Below, piece after piece: positions 9,280-18,390 of a stretch of DNA of 64,000 bases (within the stretch, counting starts at the first letter, position 1; each line of letters begins with the position of its first letter). A model generated the notes under the pieces. That model saw nothing but the letters and a program-made list of their open reading frames with translations, was not told the DNA's origin and searched no databases. The translations under genes and the position numbers were made by a program. Source of the stretch: Pelagibacteraceae bacterium AG-333-C14 (lineage in GTDB: Bacteria; Pseudomonadota; Alphaproteobacteria; Pelagibacterales; AG-422-B15); NCBI GenBank assembly GCA_003282485.1, contig QBZD01000002.1, forward strand, positions 90,852-154,851, given 5' to 3'.

Positions 9280-12090
9280 ATGACCGCTAAAGATGATAAA
9301 ATAGATTTTAGTGAAACTTTGTTTTTGCCTAAAACTTCTTTTGCTATGCGTGCGGGGCTGCCTGAACAAGAGCCAAGCATATTAGAGGATTGGGATAAAA
9401 ATAACCTTTATCATAAATTAAGAAACAATTCGAAAGACCGAAAGAAATTTGTACTTCATGATGGCCCACCATACGCAAATGGCCATCTTCATATGGGTCA
9501 TGCTTTAAATAAAATTTTAAAAGATTTTGTTGTTCGGTCACAGCAAATGCTTGGCCACAATAGCTCATATATTCCTGGCTGGGACTGTCATGGCCTCCCA
9601 ATAGAGTGGAAGATTGAAGAACAATATCGAGAAAAAGGAAAAGATAAAGACGAAGTAGATATCATTCAGTTTAGAAAAGAATGCAGAGAATTTGCTAAAA
9701 AGTGGATTGATATCCAGAGAACAGAATTTATTAGGCTAGGAGTAACTGGAGATTGGTTCAATCCCTACACTACAATGTCTTACGAAGCTGAATCTACAAT
9801 TGTGAAGGAGTTTTTCAAATTTTTGGAAAATGAGAGTTTATATCGTGGCTCTAAACCAGTTATGTGGTCAACAGTTGAAAAGACCGCATTAGCTGAAGCT
9901 GAGATAGAATATAAAGAACATAAATCGATAACAATTTTTGTGAAATTTCCTATTATTTCTTCACTGGAAAATAATGAAGTAAATACATCCGTTATTATTT
10001 GGACTACAACTCCATGGACTATACCAGCAAATCGAGCCATAGCTTTCAGTAAAGATATAAGTTATTCAATTTATTCTGTTAATGGATTAGAAGAAAACAG
10101 TCTACTAAATGAAGGAGATCAAATTATTATCGCTGATGAATTGATAGACAATGTAAGAACCCAGTGCAAAGTAAAAGAGCTCACAAAAATTAGAGCAATC
10201 AAAGACTTAGATCAAATAATTTGTGGGCATCCTTTTAGAGATTCAGGGTATGATTTTGAAGTTAAATTATTTGATGCTGATTTTGTAACTTTAGAACAAG
10301 GAAGTGGATTTGTTCATATAGCCCCAGGTCACGGAGCAGATGATTATAATTTGGGCATTGCAAATAATGTGGAAGTTCCGGAAACAGTGGATGAGAATGG
10401 TCAATATTTTGACCATGTTCCCCTTTTTAAAGGCAAAAAAGTATTTAATGATGATGGCTCTGATGCAGATGCGAACGTAGCAGTGATCGTTGAGCTTAAA
10501 AATCATAATAACCTTGCAGGCAAAGGATCACTCAGGCACAGCTATCCTCATTCATGGAGATCTAAAGCTCCTGTCATATTCAGAAATACTCCTCAGTGGT
10601 TTATTAGTATGGAAAAGAATGGTTTAAGGTCAACGGCACTTAATGAAATAGACAAAGTTAATTGGTTCCCTAAACAAGGTAAGAATAGAATATATTCGAT
10701 GATTGAAGATAGACCTGATTGGGTTGTTTCAAGGCAAAGAGCTTGGGGTGTTCCTCTATCTATATTTTACAACATAGAAACTGGACAACCTCTAATTGAT
10801 AAAGAAATTAATCAAAAAATAATCGATCTGTATAAAGAAGAAGGATCAGACGCTTGGTTTAAATACTCTAAAGAAGAATTGTTGGGAGATAAGTACGATC
10901 CAAATGATTATAAAAAAGTTGATGATATTCTTGATGTTTGGTTTGATTCTGGCTGTACCCATTCCTTTGTTTTAGATGAAAAGGAAGATCAAATGTGGCC
11001 TGCATCTCTTTATTTAGAAGGCACTGATCAACATAGAGGATGGTTTCACTCCTCACTTTTGGAGTCATGTGGAACCAGAGGGATTGCCCCTTATGAGTCG
11101 GTCTTGACGCATGGTTTTGTTCTTCACGAAGATGGACTAAAAATGAGTAAGTCTTCATCTAATATAGTTTCACCTGATGAAATTATAAATAAATCTGGAG
11201 CAGATATTTTAAGACTATGGGTTGCAAGCAGCGATTATTCAGAGGATTTAAAGATAGGGCCTGAAATCATGAAGAGCAATGTTGATAGCTACAGAAGGCT
11301 GAGGAATACATTACGTTTCATTCTTGGAAACTTATCTGAATTTAATGATAATGAAAAAATTTCATATGCAGAACTCAGTGAGCTTGATCAATATATTTTA
11401 TCTCAGTTAGAGGAGCTAAAAAAAGAAGTAATAGAAAACTATAAAATATTTGAATATCAAAAAGTTTTTTCTGCAATATTTAATTTTTGTACTAATGATT
11501 TATCATCTTTTTATTTTGATATTAAAAAGGATGTTCTTTACTGCGAATCTAAGGACAGCCATATCAGGATGTCTACTCGAACAGTATTAGATAAACTATT
11601 TTATAATTTGCTTACCTTACTAGCGCCTATTTTATGTTTTACATCTGAAGAGGCTTGGCAAAGCAGACTTGGAAAAGAATCAAGTGTCCATGAAGTTGAT
11701 TTTCCAGTTTTTGAAAGTGATGTTATTAATAAAGAGCTCACAAAAAAATGGGATTTATATAAGCAGTTGCGTAAAGTAATAAATGGTGCAATTGAGGTAA
11801 AGAGAAAAGAAAAAGTCATCGGCTCAAGTCTTGAAGCATCTGTAACACTCTTTTCAACAAAAAATATTAATGAAATTGATAGTGATACACTTGAAAATAT
11901 TTCAATAATAAGTGAATTAACAATATTAAATGAAAAGCCACCAGTAGGCTCATATATTTCTGAGTCAGAAAAAGATATAGGTATTGTAGTTAAGAAAGTT
12001 GATGGCAATAAGTGTGAGAGATGCTGGAAATATTATCCTAATCTAGAAAAAGATATTTGTTTACGTTGTGAGCAAGTTATGAATCAATAA
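9280..12090 (+). CDS. ileS: Isoleucyl-tRNA synthetase
   Basis: 936 aa. It has the HMGH (HIGH-type) motif, KMSKS, an editing-domain insertion, and a C-terminal Zn cluster CERCW...CLRC. Confidence 0.98.
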   Translation: MTAKDDKIDFSETLFLPKTSFAMRAGLPEQEPSILEDWDKNNLYHKLRNNSKDRKKFVLHDGPPYANGHLHMGHALNKILKDFVVRSQQMLGHNSSYIPGWDCHGLPIEWKIEEQYREKGKDKDEVDIIQFRKECREFAKKWIDIQRTEFIRLGVTGDWFNPYTTMSYEAESTIVKEFFKFLENESLYRGSKPVMWSTVEKTALAEAEIEYKEHKSITIFVKFPIISSLENNEVNTSVIIWTTTPWTIPANRAIAFSKDISYSIYSVNGLEENSLLNEGDQIIIADELIDNVRTQCKVKELTKIRAIKDLDQIICGHPFRDSGYDFEVKLFDADFVTLEQGSGFVHIAPGHGADDYNLGIANNVEVPETVDENGQYFDHVPLFKGKKVFNDDGSDADANVAVIVELKNHNNLAGKGSLRHSYPHSWRSKAPVIFRNTPQWFISMEKNGLRSTALNEIDKVNWFPKQGKNRIYSMIEDRPDWVVSRQRAWGVPLSIFYNIETGQPLIDKEINQKIIDLYKEEGSDAWFKYSKEELLGDKYDPNDYKKVDDILDVWFDSGCTHSFVLDEKEDQMWPASLYLEGTDQHRGWFHSSLLESCGTRGIAPYESVLTHGFVLHEDGLKMSKSSSNIVSPDEIINKSGADILRLWVASSDYSEDLKIGPEIMKSNVDSYRRLRNTLRFILGNLSEFNDNEKISYAELSELDQYILSQLEELKKEVIENYKIFEYQKVFSAIFNFCTNDLSSFYFDIKKDVLYCESKDSHIRMSTRTVLDKLFYNLLTLLAPILCFTSEEAWQSRLGKESSVHEVDFPVFESDVINKELTKKWDLYKQLRKVINGAIEVKRKEKVIGSSLEASVTLFSTKNINEIDSDTLENISIISELTILNEKPPVGSYISESEKDIGIVVKKVDGNKCERCWKYYPNLEKDICLRCEQVMNQ

Positions 12091-12594
12091 ATGATATATA
12101 GGCTTTCTAAATTTTTTTTACTAATATTATTTTTTTTCGCTTTAGATCAAATAAGTAAAAATATAATTATACAACTTTACAACATCGATGTTGAAAATTT
12201 AAGTTCCCAGTATTTAACCTCAATTAATGAATACATAAATTTATATTTAATTTGGAATAAAGGCTTTGCCTTTGGGTTATTTCAAAATGACATAAGGATT
12301 GTAAATAATATTTATATGATTTTAATGGCTGCAATTATTGTCGTGGTGTTCATTTACGCCTTAACCATTAATAGTAAAGTTTATTATTATGGATTTAGTT
12401 TAATAATTGGAGGTGCATTAGGCAATCTATTTGATCGTTATCAGTATGCGGCAGTATTAGATTTTATTGACGTGCATTATAATAATTTCCATTGGTATGT
12501 ATTTAATATTGCTGATATAAATATAACTCTTGGATGCACCCTAATAATAATTTTAGAATTGTTTTCAAATAGAAAGAAAAAAAATGAAATATAA
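12091..12594 (+). CDS. lspA: Lipoprotein signal peptidase (signal peptidase II)
   Basis: 167 aa, four hydrophobic segments, NKGFAFG and GGALGNLFDR motifs and FNIAD. It abuts the ileS stop (TAAATG). Confidence 0.9.
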   Translation: MIYRLSKFFLLILFFFALDQISKNIIIQLYNIDVENLSSQYLTSINEYINLYLIWNKGFAFGLFQNDIRIVNNIYMILMAAIIVVVFIYALTINSKVYYYGFSLIIGGALGNLFDRYQYAAVLDFIDVHYNNFHWYVFNIADINITLGCTLIIILELFSNRKKKNEI

Positions 12595-13246
12595 AATAAC
12601 CAGTCGATACTTTCTATTGATAGTTTTTTTTATATTTATTTCTTGTTCTAATAATACAGTAAGAGATTATATGTCACTTAAGCAAAAAGCACTGGAAATA
12701 CCCCCTGACTTTGAGTTATCACCCCCAGTTATAAATGACAACTCTGCAAGTGAAGAGTTGCCAAATGAAGAAGTGGTAGAAGATATTGAAGAAATACTAA
12801 CCAGTGATAATAGTGCAACAACTAGTGAAAATACTGAAAGTTCATCTTTAGAAGATTTCATTGATAGTAATTTTGTTAATGATGAAAAGGAAGAAGTATC
12901 AAACGAAGTAAATACAAATGACGATACTGAATCCCTGGATATTTTGGTAAATGACGACTTACCTGAACAGGTTAATGATGTTGAAAATACAAATGATGCA
13001 CAAGAGGTGATCGAAGATGATTCAACCCAAACTAAAGAATCTCAAGAAAACAATTTTACTGAAGAAAAATTGCTCGATGAGTTATCAAATGTAGATGATA
13101 TAACATCGCTTCCAGAAGAAGAGCAGTTGAAGCCTGAGATTATTGAAGAAGAAGTTTATGACGATCCTACAGTTTACAATGATGACCAAGATTTAAATGA
13201 TCTATTGAACAGAGTGGATGATTTACTCAATTCATATTCAAATTAA
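12584..13246 (+). CDS. Acidic lipoprotein, DUF3035/BamF-like N-terminus with a long D/E/N-rich tail
   Basis: 220 aa. The signal peptide has a lipobox-like FISC|S. The PPDFELSPP segment resembles the DUF3035 family that commonly follows lspA in alphaproteobacteria. The remaining ~170 aa are low-complexity and acidic. It overlaps lspA by 11 nt. Confidence 0.6.
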   Translation: MKYKITSRYFLLIVFFIFISCSNNTVRDYMSLKQKALEIPPDFELSPPVINDNSASEELPNEEVVEDIEEILTSDNSATTSENTESSSLEDFIDSNFVNDEKEEVSNEVNTNDDTESLDILVNDDLPEQVNDVENTNDAQEVIEDDSTQTKESQENNFTEEKLLDELSNVDDITSLPEEEQLKPEIIEEEVYDDPTVYNDDQDLNDLLNRVDDLLNSYSN

Positions 13247-13257
13247 ATATTCTGTAA

Positions 13258-14253
13258 ATGTTTAAGTTTTTTAAAGATCCAAAATGGTTTTACTGGGCAT
13301 ATATTGGTTCAGCAGTTATTTTATCATCATTATGGATACAGGTACAAATTGACGTAAAAATTAATGAATGGTTTGGTGAATTTTATGACATGATACAAGA
13401 GGCGTTGTCAGCTCCTAACGTAATTACTATAGAAGAATATTGGGCAAGTCTTTTATCATTTATAACTTTAGCTGGCATGTATGTGGCTGTAGCAGTTCTT
13501 GTAAGTTATTTTACTAATCATTTTCTATTCAGGTGGAGAACCGCAATGGTAGAATGGTATCATTCTGTTTATGACAAAGCCCGCAAAATTGAAGGGGCCT
13601 CACAGAGAGTCCAAGAAGATACAATTAAATTCTCAAGAATCATGGAGTCTCTTGGAACGAGTTTGATCGAAGCATTAATGATACTGGTTGAATTTATGCC
13701 AATTTTATTTGGCCTGAGCATTGGAATTCCAATATTTTTCTTTGGTGAATGGGAATATGGTTTAGTTGTTGGGGCGTTGGTGTGGTCAATTGGTGGTACA
13801 TTATTTTTAATTATTCTTGGTTTAATTTTAAGACTAGTTGGAATTGAATATGATCTTCAAAAACAGGAAGCTGCATATAGAAAAATGTTAGTAATTGCTG
13901 AGGATGATGAGACTGTAAGGCCAAAAACTCTTGAGGAATTGTTTAATGATGTAAGGCAGATACATTTTTTAAGTTATATAAGATACCTTTACTTTGACAT
14001 TGGCCGTGTTGCATTTTTGCAGGCTAACGTTTTATCAGCATATGTATTTTTAGCACCCGCAATCGTTGCAGGTGTTGTTACTCTTGGTGTTATGCAGCAG
14101 ATAATCAGGGCATTTGGTAGAGTAGAGGGATCAATGCAGTATCTTCTAAAAGCATGGCCTACAATAATTGAGCTCGCAAGTGTTTATAAGAGACTAAGAG
14201 AGTTTGAAAGACAAATTGATGAAGTTTTAATTGAAGAGGAAACTCCAATATAA
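13258..14253 (+). CDS. SbmA/BacA-like inner-membrane transporter (short form)
   Basis: 331 aa, colinear with remembered E. coli SbmA from about its third TM onward: NEWFGEFYDMIQ, FRWRTAMVEWY, IEGASQRVQEDTIKFS, EAAYRKMLV, SVYKRLREFE. Confidence 0.8.
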   Translation: MFKFFKDPKWFYWAYIGSAVILSSLWIQVQIDVKINEWFGEFYDMIQEALSAPNVITIEEYWASLLSFITLAGMYVAVAVLVSYFTNHFLFRWRTAMVEWYHSVYDKARKIEGASQRVQEDTIKFSRIMESLGTSLIEALMILVEFMPILFGLSIGIPIFFFGEWEYGLVVGALVWSIGGTLFLIILGLILRLVGIEYDLQKQEAAYRKMLVIAEDDETVRPKTLEELFNDVRQIHFLSYIRYLYFDIGRVAFLQANVLSAYVFLAPAIVAGVVTLGVMQQIIRAFGRVEGSMQYLLKAWPTIIELASVYKRLREFERQIDEVLIEEETPI

Positions 14254-14255
14254 AG

Positions 14256-15278
14256 ATGAATTATCCTTTCTTAGATTTTGAAAAACTTGAAAAAAAATTT
14301 CTTTTATCTCGTGAAATTATTTCTCAAAAATTTGAAAGTATTGTCGTTATTGGCTTTGGAGGATCAACACAAGGCTCAAAAGCTATTAATTCTTTTTTAA
14401 ATGAAACACGAGTATTTTATATTGATCATTTATACTCCGAAATTATCGATAAATTACTCGTAACTTTAAATTTAGAAAAAACAGGATTTATTTTCATTTC
14501 TAAATCTGGCAAAACTTCAGAAACATTATCTATTTTTGAGTACTTGATAGACAAATGCAAAAATAAAATAAATATTTCAAATCACTTTTTTTCTTTAACC
14601 GAAGATAAACAATCTCAACTTCACGACTTTTCGTTACAGCACTCAATGAAACTTATTGAGCATGATCCAGATATAGGAGGAAGATTTTCTATATTCAGTA
14701 ATACATCTCTTATTCCTGGGTTTCATTTTAATTCTGATTTGTGTAAAAATTTTCTTGAGGGTGGCAGAGAAGCTATGGAAGAAAAAGGTTTAGCCGAAGA
14801 TTTGGCTGATCAGTTAAATCAGTCTATGAAAAATAATAAAAATATCGCATCATATCTTATTTATGGACATGAATTACTAGAAGTAGGTAATTGGAAAAAG
14901 CAACTTTTTGCTGAGTCGCTAGGCAAAAATGGAAAAGGATTTATGCCAGTTGTTTCCGAGATGACAAAAGACCAGCATAGTATTCTTCAATTATTTCTAG
15001 ACGGGCCAAAGAATGTATTCTTTGAAATCATGAGTATGGAAAGTGATAAGGTGAATTTAATAAATATGACACTTTCTAACCATATGAGTGCAATGAACGA
15101 TACACTTATAAAACAAGGTCTTAAACCAAGAATTTCAATATTTAAGGAAAATGACGTTAAGGAGCTGGGTTTTTATTTTTGTATCGAAATATTAACAGTT
15201 ATTTTCTTAGCAAAGCTTCTTAATGTAGATCCTTTTATTCAGGAAGCCATCGAACTTCAAAAAATTAATTTAAATTAG
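14256..15278 (+). CDS. pgi: Glucose-6-phosphate isomerase family protein (compact, 340 aa)
   Basis: It has SIS/PGI motifs: GFGGSTQGSKA, SKSGKTSETL, DIGGRFSIFS, a catalytic-region AESLGKNGKG, and a C-terminal FIQEAIELQK resembling PGI signature 2. It is much shorter than classical PGI. Confidence 0.65.
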   Translation: MNYPFLDFEKLEKKFLLSREIISQKFESIVVIGFGGSTQGSKAINSFLNETRVFYIDHLYSEIIDKLLVTLNLEKTGFIFISKSGKTSETLSIFEYLIDKCKNKINISNHFFSLTEDKQSQLHDFSLQHSMKLIEHDPDIGGRFSIFSNTSLIPGFHFNSDLCKNFLEGGREAMEEKGLAEDLADQLNQSMKNNKNIASYLIYGHELLEVGNWKKQLFAESLGKNGKGFMPVVSEMTKDQHSILQLFLDGPKNVFFEIMSMESDKVNLINMTLSNHMSAMNDTLIKQGLKPRISIFKENDVKELGFYFCIEILTVIFLAKLLNVDPFIQEAIELQKINLN

Positions 15279-15839
15279 TTTATAGAAAGAAAATTTTGAT
15301 ATACCCAACTCTTTAACTCTTTCTATTTTTAGCTCTGGGATTAATATATCTTTTGATTTTCTTTCCTCTTCAATAACCAGTATAGAGTTTTTGTTTATAA
15401 GATTTTTCTTTAGGATATTTTTTATAGATCTGGCAACTAGGTTTTTATTATAGGGGGGATCTATATACACCAGGTTAAACTTTGGTTTATCTGAAATAGA
15501 TTCAAATGAGCATGCATTTTCGTTCAGAACAGATATTTGATCAGTCAAGCCTAATTTATTCGCACTCTTATAAATTAGATTAATTATTTGATCATTGTTT
15601 TCAACCATTGTTGCACTGTTGGCACCTCTTGATAAAGCTTCAAAACTAAATGAACCTGTTCCTGCAAATAAATCTAGAACATTTGATTCTTCAATTTGAA
15701 ATCCAGTATTAATTATTTCTTTACCATGCGTAAGAATATTAAATATTGTTTCTCTATTTTTATCAGACAATGGTCGAACATCTTTATCTTTATGACTAAA
15801 AATAGAATGTCCTTTTTTTGACCCGCTAATTATTCTCAT
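15270..15839 (-). CDS. rsmD: 16S rRNA (guanine966-N2)-methyltransferase RsmD family
   Basis: 189 aa. It reads MRIISGSKKG, VLDLFAGTGSFSFEALSRGA and VYIDPPY. Confidence 0.85.
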   Translation of the reverse strand: MRIISGSKKGHSIFSHKDKDVRPLSDKNRETIFNILTHGKEIINTGFQIEESNVLDLFAGTGSFSFEALSRGANSATMVENNDQIINLIYKSANKLGLTDQISVLNENACSFESISDKPKFNLVYIDPPYNKNLVARSIKNILKKNLINKNSILVIEEERKSKDILIPELKIERVKELGISKFSFYKLI

Positions 15840-16527
15840 ATATTTTGACTTTTTTTAATTTACTTCTCTCTAACGATCCTAATTTATAAGCTCCATAGGA
15901 TATTCGGATGAGCCGAGTAACAGTTATATTTAATGATTCGAAGATATTTCTTATTTCTCTGTTCTTTCCCTCGAGTAATGACATTTTAATCCAAGAGTAA
16001 GTCTTAGTTTTGCTAATGAGGCTTACTTTTATAGGCTTATACTTAATATGCTTTATTCTAAGTCCTTTTGATAATCTATCTACGAAATTTTTATCAATAA
16101 ATCCTTGTACTCTTACCTTGTACACTCTTTCAAAATTATTTTTGGGTAATTCCATTTTTCTTTTAAATTCTCCGTTATCTGTAAATAGTAATAAACCCTC
16201 TGTGTTATAATCTAATCTTCCAATTGATAATAAATTTTTTTGTTTAGGTCCTAAAAAATCATAAACCGTTTTTCTATTTTTATCATCAGATTTAGTAACT
16301 AAGCATCCTCTAGGTTTATGAAAAATATAAAGTGAATTTAGTTCAGTAATTTTCTTAATTTTAATTATAGTTTCATCAATGCTAATTTTATTACTTGGAG
16401 AAACTTTTATTCCTTGTGTAGTCAGTAATTTCCCATCTACTTTAATACGACCTTCCATAATGAATTTATCAATCTCTCTTCGAGAAAAATCAGTTGATCT
16501 TGCGAGAACTTTATTTATTCTTTCCAT
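15826..16527 (-). CDS. Pseudouridine synthase, RsuA/RluB family (S4 domain + catalytic domain)
   Basis: 233 aa. An N-terminal S4-like region (RINKVLARS...SRREIDKFI..GRIKVDG) is followed by GRLDYNTEGLLLFTDNG with the catalytic Asp. Confidence 0.85.
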   Translation of the reverse strand: MERINKVLARSTDFSRREIDKFIMEGRIKVDGKLLTTQGIKVSPSNKISIDETIIKIKKITELNSLYIFHKPRGCLVTKSDDKNRKTVYDFLGPKQKNLLSIGRLDYNTEGLLLFTDNGEFKRKMELPKNNFERVYKVRVQGFIDKNFVDRLSKGLRIKHIKYKPIKVSLISKTKTYSWIKMSLLEGKNREIRNIFESLNITVTRLIRISYGAYKLGSLERSKLKKVKIYENN

Positions 16528-16576
16528 TATTATTGTTTAGTTTTTTGAGCAATATTTAAGTTACAATTAAATATTT

Positions 16577-17029
16577 ATGACACAAAATACATTTATGGAA
16601 CAGGCAATAATAAATGCTTACAAAGGACTAGATTTGGGAGAGGTGCCAGTCGGTTGTGTGATTGTGAATCAAGATAATAAGATAATTTCCCAATCATATA
16701 ATAAAGTTATAGCGGATAACGATCCCACTGCTCATGCTGAGATTAACGCCATAAGACAAGCATGCGCTTCCTTAAAATCTGAGCGTTTAATCGATTGTAG
16801 TATTTATGTTACTTTAGAGCCTTGTATAATGTGTGCCGCTGCAATATCGAAATCTAAGTTAAAAAGACTATATTATGGAGCAGATGATATGAATTTTGGT
16901 TCTATCAACGGTGGATTTAATTTTTTTCAAACAAAAAATTGCAATCATGTGCCAGAGATTTATGATAGTATTTCAAAAATTCAATGTGAGAATTTAATAA
17001 ACGATTTTTTTAAAGGTAAAAGACCATGA
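16577..17029 (+). CDS. tadA: tRNA-specific adenosine deaminase
   Basis: 150 aa. The CDA zinc motifs HAEINAI and [12 protein letters not shown] are present. Confidence 0.9.
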   Translation: MTQNTFMEQAIINAYKGLDLGEVPVGCVIVNQDNKIISQSYNKVIADNDPTAHAEINAIRQACASLKSERLIDCSIYVTLEPCIMCAAAISKSKLKRLYYGADDMNFGSINGGFNFFQTKNCNHVPEIYDSISKIQCENLINDFFKGKRP

Positions 17030-18231
17030 CAATTTCAGCTAAGGCACAGCAAACAACAGATCGACTAAACACATTTATGGAAAAAAACGTGTATCCAAAT
17101 AATGATACATACCATAAGCAAATTGAAGACTTCGGAAATGATCGTTGGCAGGTTGTCCCTATAGTTGAAGATTTAAAAAAAGAAGCAAAAAAAGAGGATC
17201 TCTGGAATTTGTTTTTACCAGACAGCGATTTAGGGCATGGACTTTCAAATGCTGAATATGCTCCCATGTGCGAAATAATGGGAAGAGCTATGTGGTCTGC
17301 AGAAGTATTTAACTGCTCTGCGCCTGATACAGGTAATATGGAGGTTCTAGTTAGATACGGAACTGATGAACAGAAAGATAAATATCTTAAACCACTTCTT
17401 AATGGCGAAATTCGATCTGCATTTGCAATGACAGAACCAGCCGTTGCATCTTCAGATGCAACTAATATTGAAAGTGAGATAAAAAAAGAGGGTAATCAAT
17501 ATGTCTTAAATGGGACAAAATGGTGGACGTCGGGAGCAATGGATCCAAGATGCCAGTTTTACATTTTTATGGGCAAAACTGATCCTGAGAATGAAAATAT
17601 TCATAAACAACAGTCCATGATTTTAGTGGATAAGGATACACCAGGTATTAAAATAAAAAGACATTTGCCAGTTTTTGGATTTGACGATGCTCCACACGGG
17701 CATGCGGAGGTAGAGTTCAAGGACGTAAAGGTGCCACCTGAAAATATGCTGTTGGGAGAGGGTAGAGGATTTGAAATCGCTCAAGGCAGACTTGGTCCAG
17801 GACGAATTCATCATTGCATGAGAACAATTGGACTTGCGGAGGTTGCGCTGGAGGCCATGTGCAAACGATTGATGAGCCGTAAAGCTTTTGGAAAAGAGGT
17901 AGTTAGGCATTCTGTGTGGCAAGAGAGAATTGCTGATGCTCGAATTAATATAGAGATGACAAGACTTTTGACCCTAAAAGCAGCATCAATGATGGATGAG
18001 GTAGGCAATAAAGTTGCTAAAAATGAGATAGCTATGATTAAGGTTGCAGCACCGAATATGGCACTTAAGATAATAGATGATGCAATTCAAGCCTTTGGAG
18101 GCGCAGGAGTCACTACTGATCCAAGATTAGCCCAAGCTTATGCCGGCATGAGAACGCTACGTTTAGCAGATGGGCCAGATGAAGTTCATAGACTCTCAAT
18201 CGCTAGAAATGAATTAAAAAAATATTTCTAA
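17026..18231 (+). CDS. Acyl-CoA dehydrogenase family protein, ACAD10/ACAD11 C-terminal-domain type
   Basis: 401 aa. Long colinear matches to remembered human ACAD11: [105 protein letters not shown] (Asp where MCAD has the catalytic Glu). It overlaps tadA by 4 nt. Confidence 0.9.
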   Translation: MTISAKAQQTTDRLNTFMEKNVYPNNDTYHKQIEDFGNDRWQVVPIVEDLKKEAKKEDLWNLFLPDSDLGHGLSNAEYAPMCEIMGRAMWSAEVFNCSAPDTGNMEVLVRYGTDEQKDKYLKPLLNGEIRSAFAMTEPAVASSDATNIESEIKKEGNQYVLNGTKWWTSGAMDPRCQFYIFMGKTDPENENIHKQQSMILVDKDTPGIKIKRHLPVFGFDDAPHGHAEVEFKDVKVPPENMLLGEGRGFEIAQGRLGPGRIHHCMRTIGLAEVALEAMCKRLMSRKAFGKEVVRHSVWQERIADARINIEMTRLLTLKAASMMDEVGNKVAKNEIAMIKVAAPNMALKIIDDAIQAFGGAGVTTDPRLAQAYAGMRTLRLADGPDEVHRLSIARNELKKYF

Positions 18232-18390
18232 CATTGATAAAAAAAAAGAAGACATTCCAAAAAGACAAGTATGGACGTTACATAAAGTCTAAAGAGTTTG
18301 ATGTATACTGGGATGAATATCATGAGCTTGAGGATATCTCGATGAAAGAGTCAGTTAGACAAAGAATTGAAAGAACAAAAAAAATCGAAA

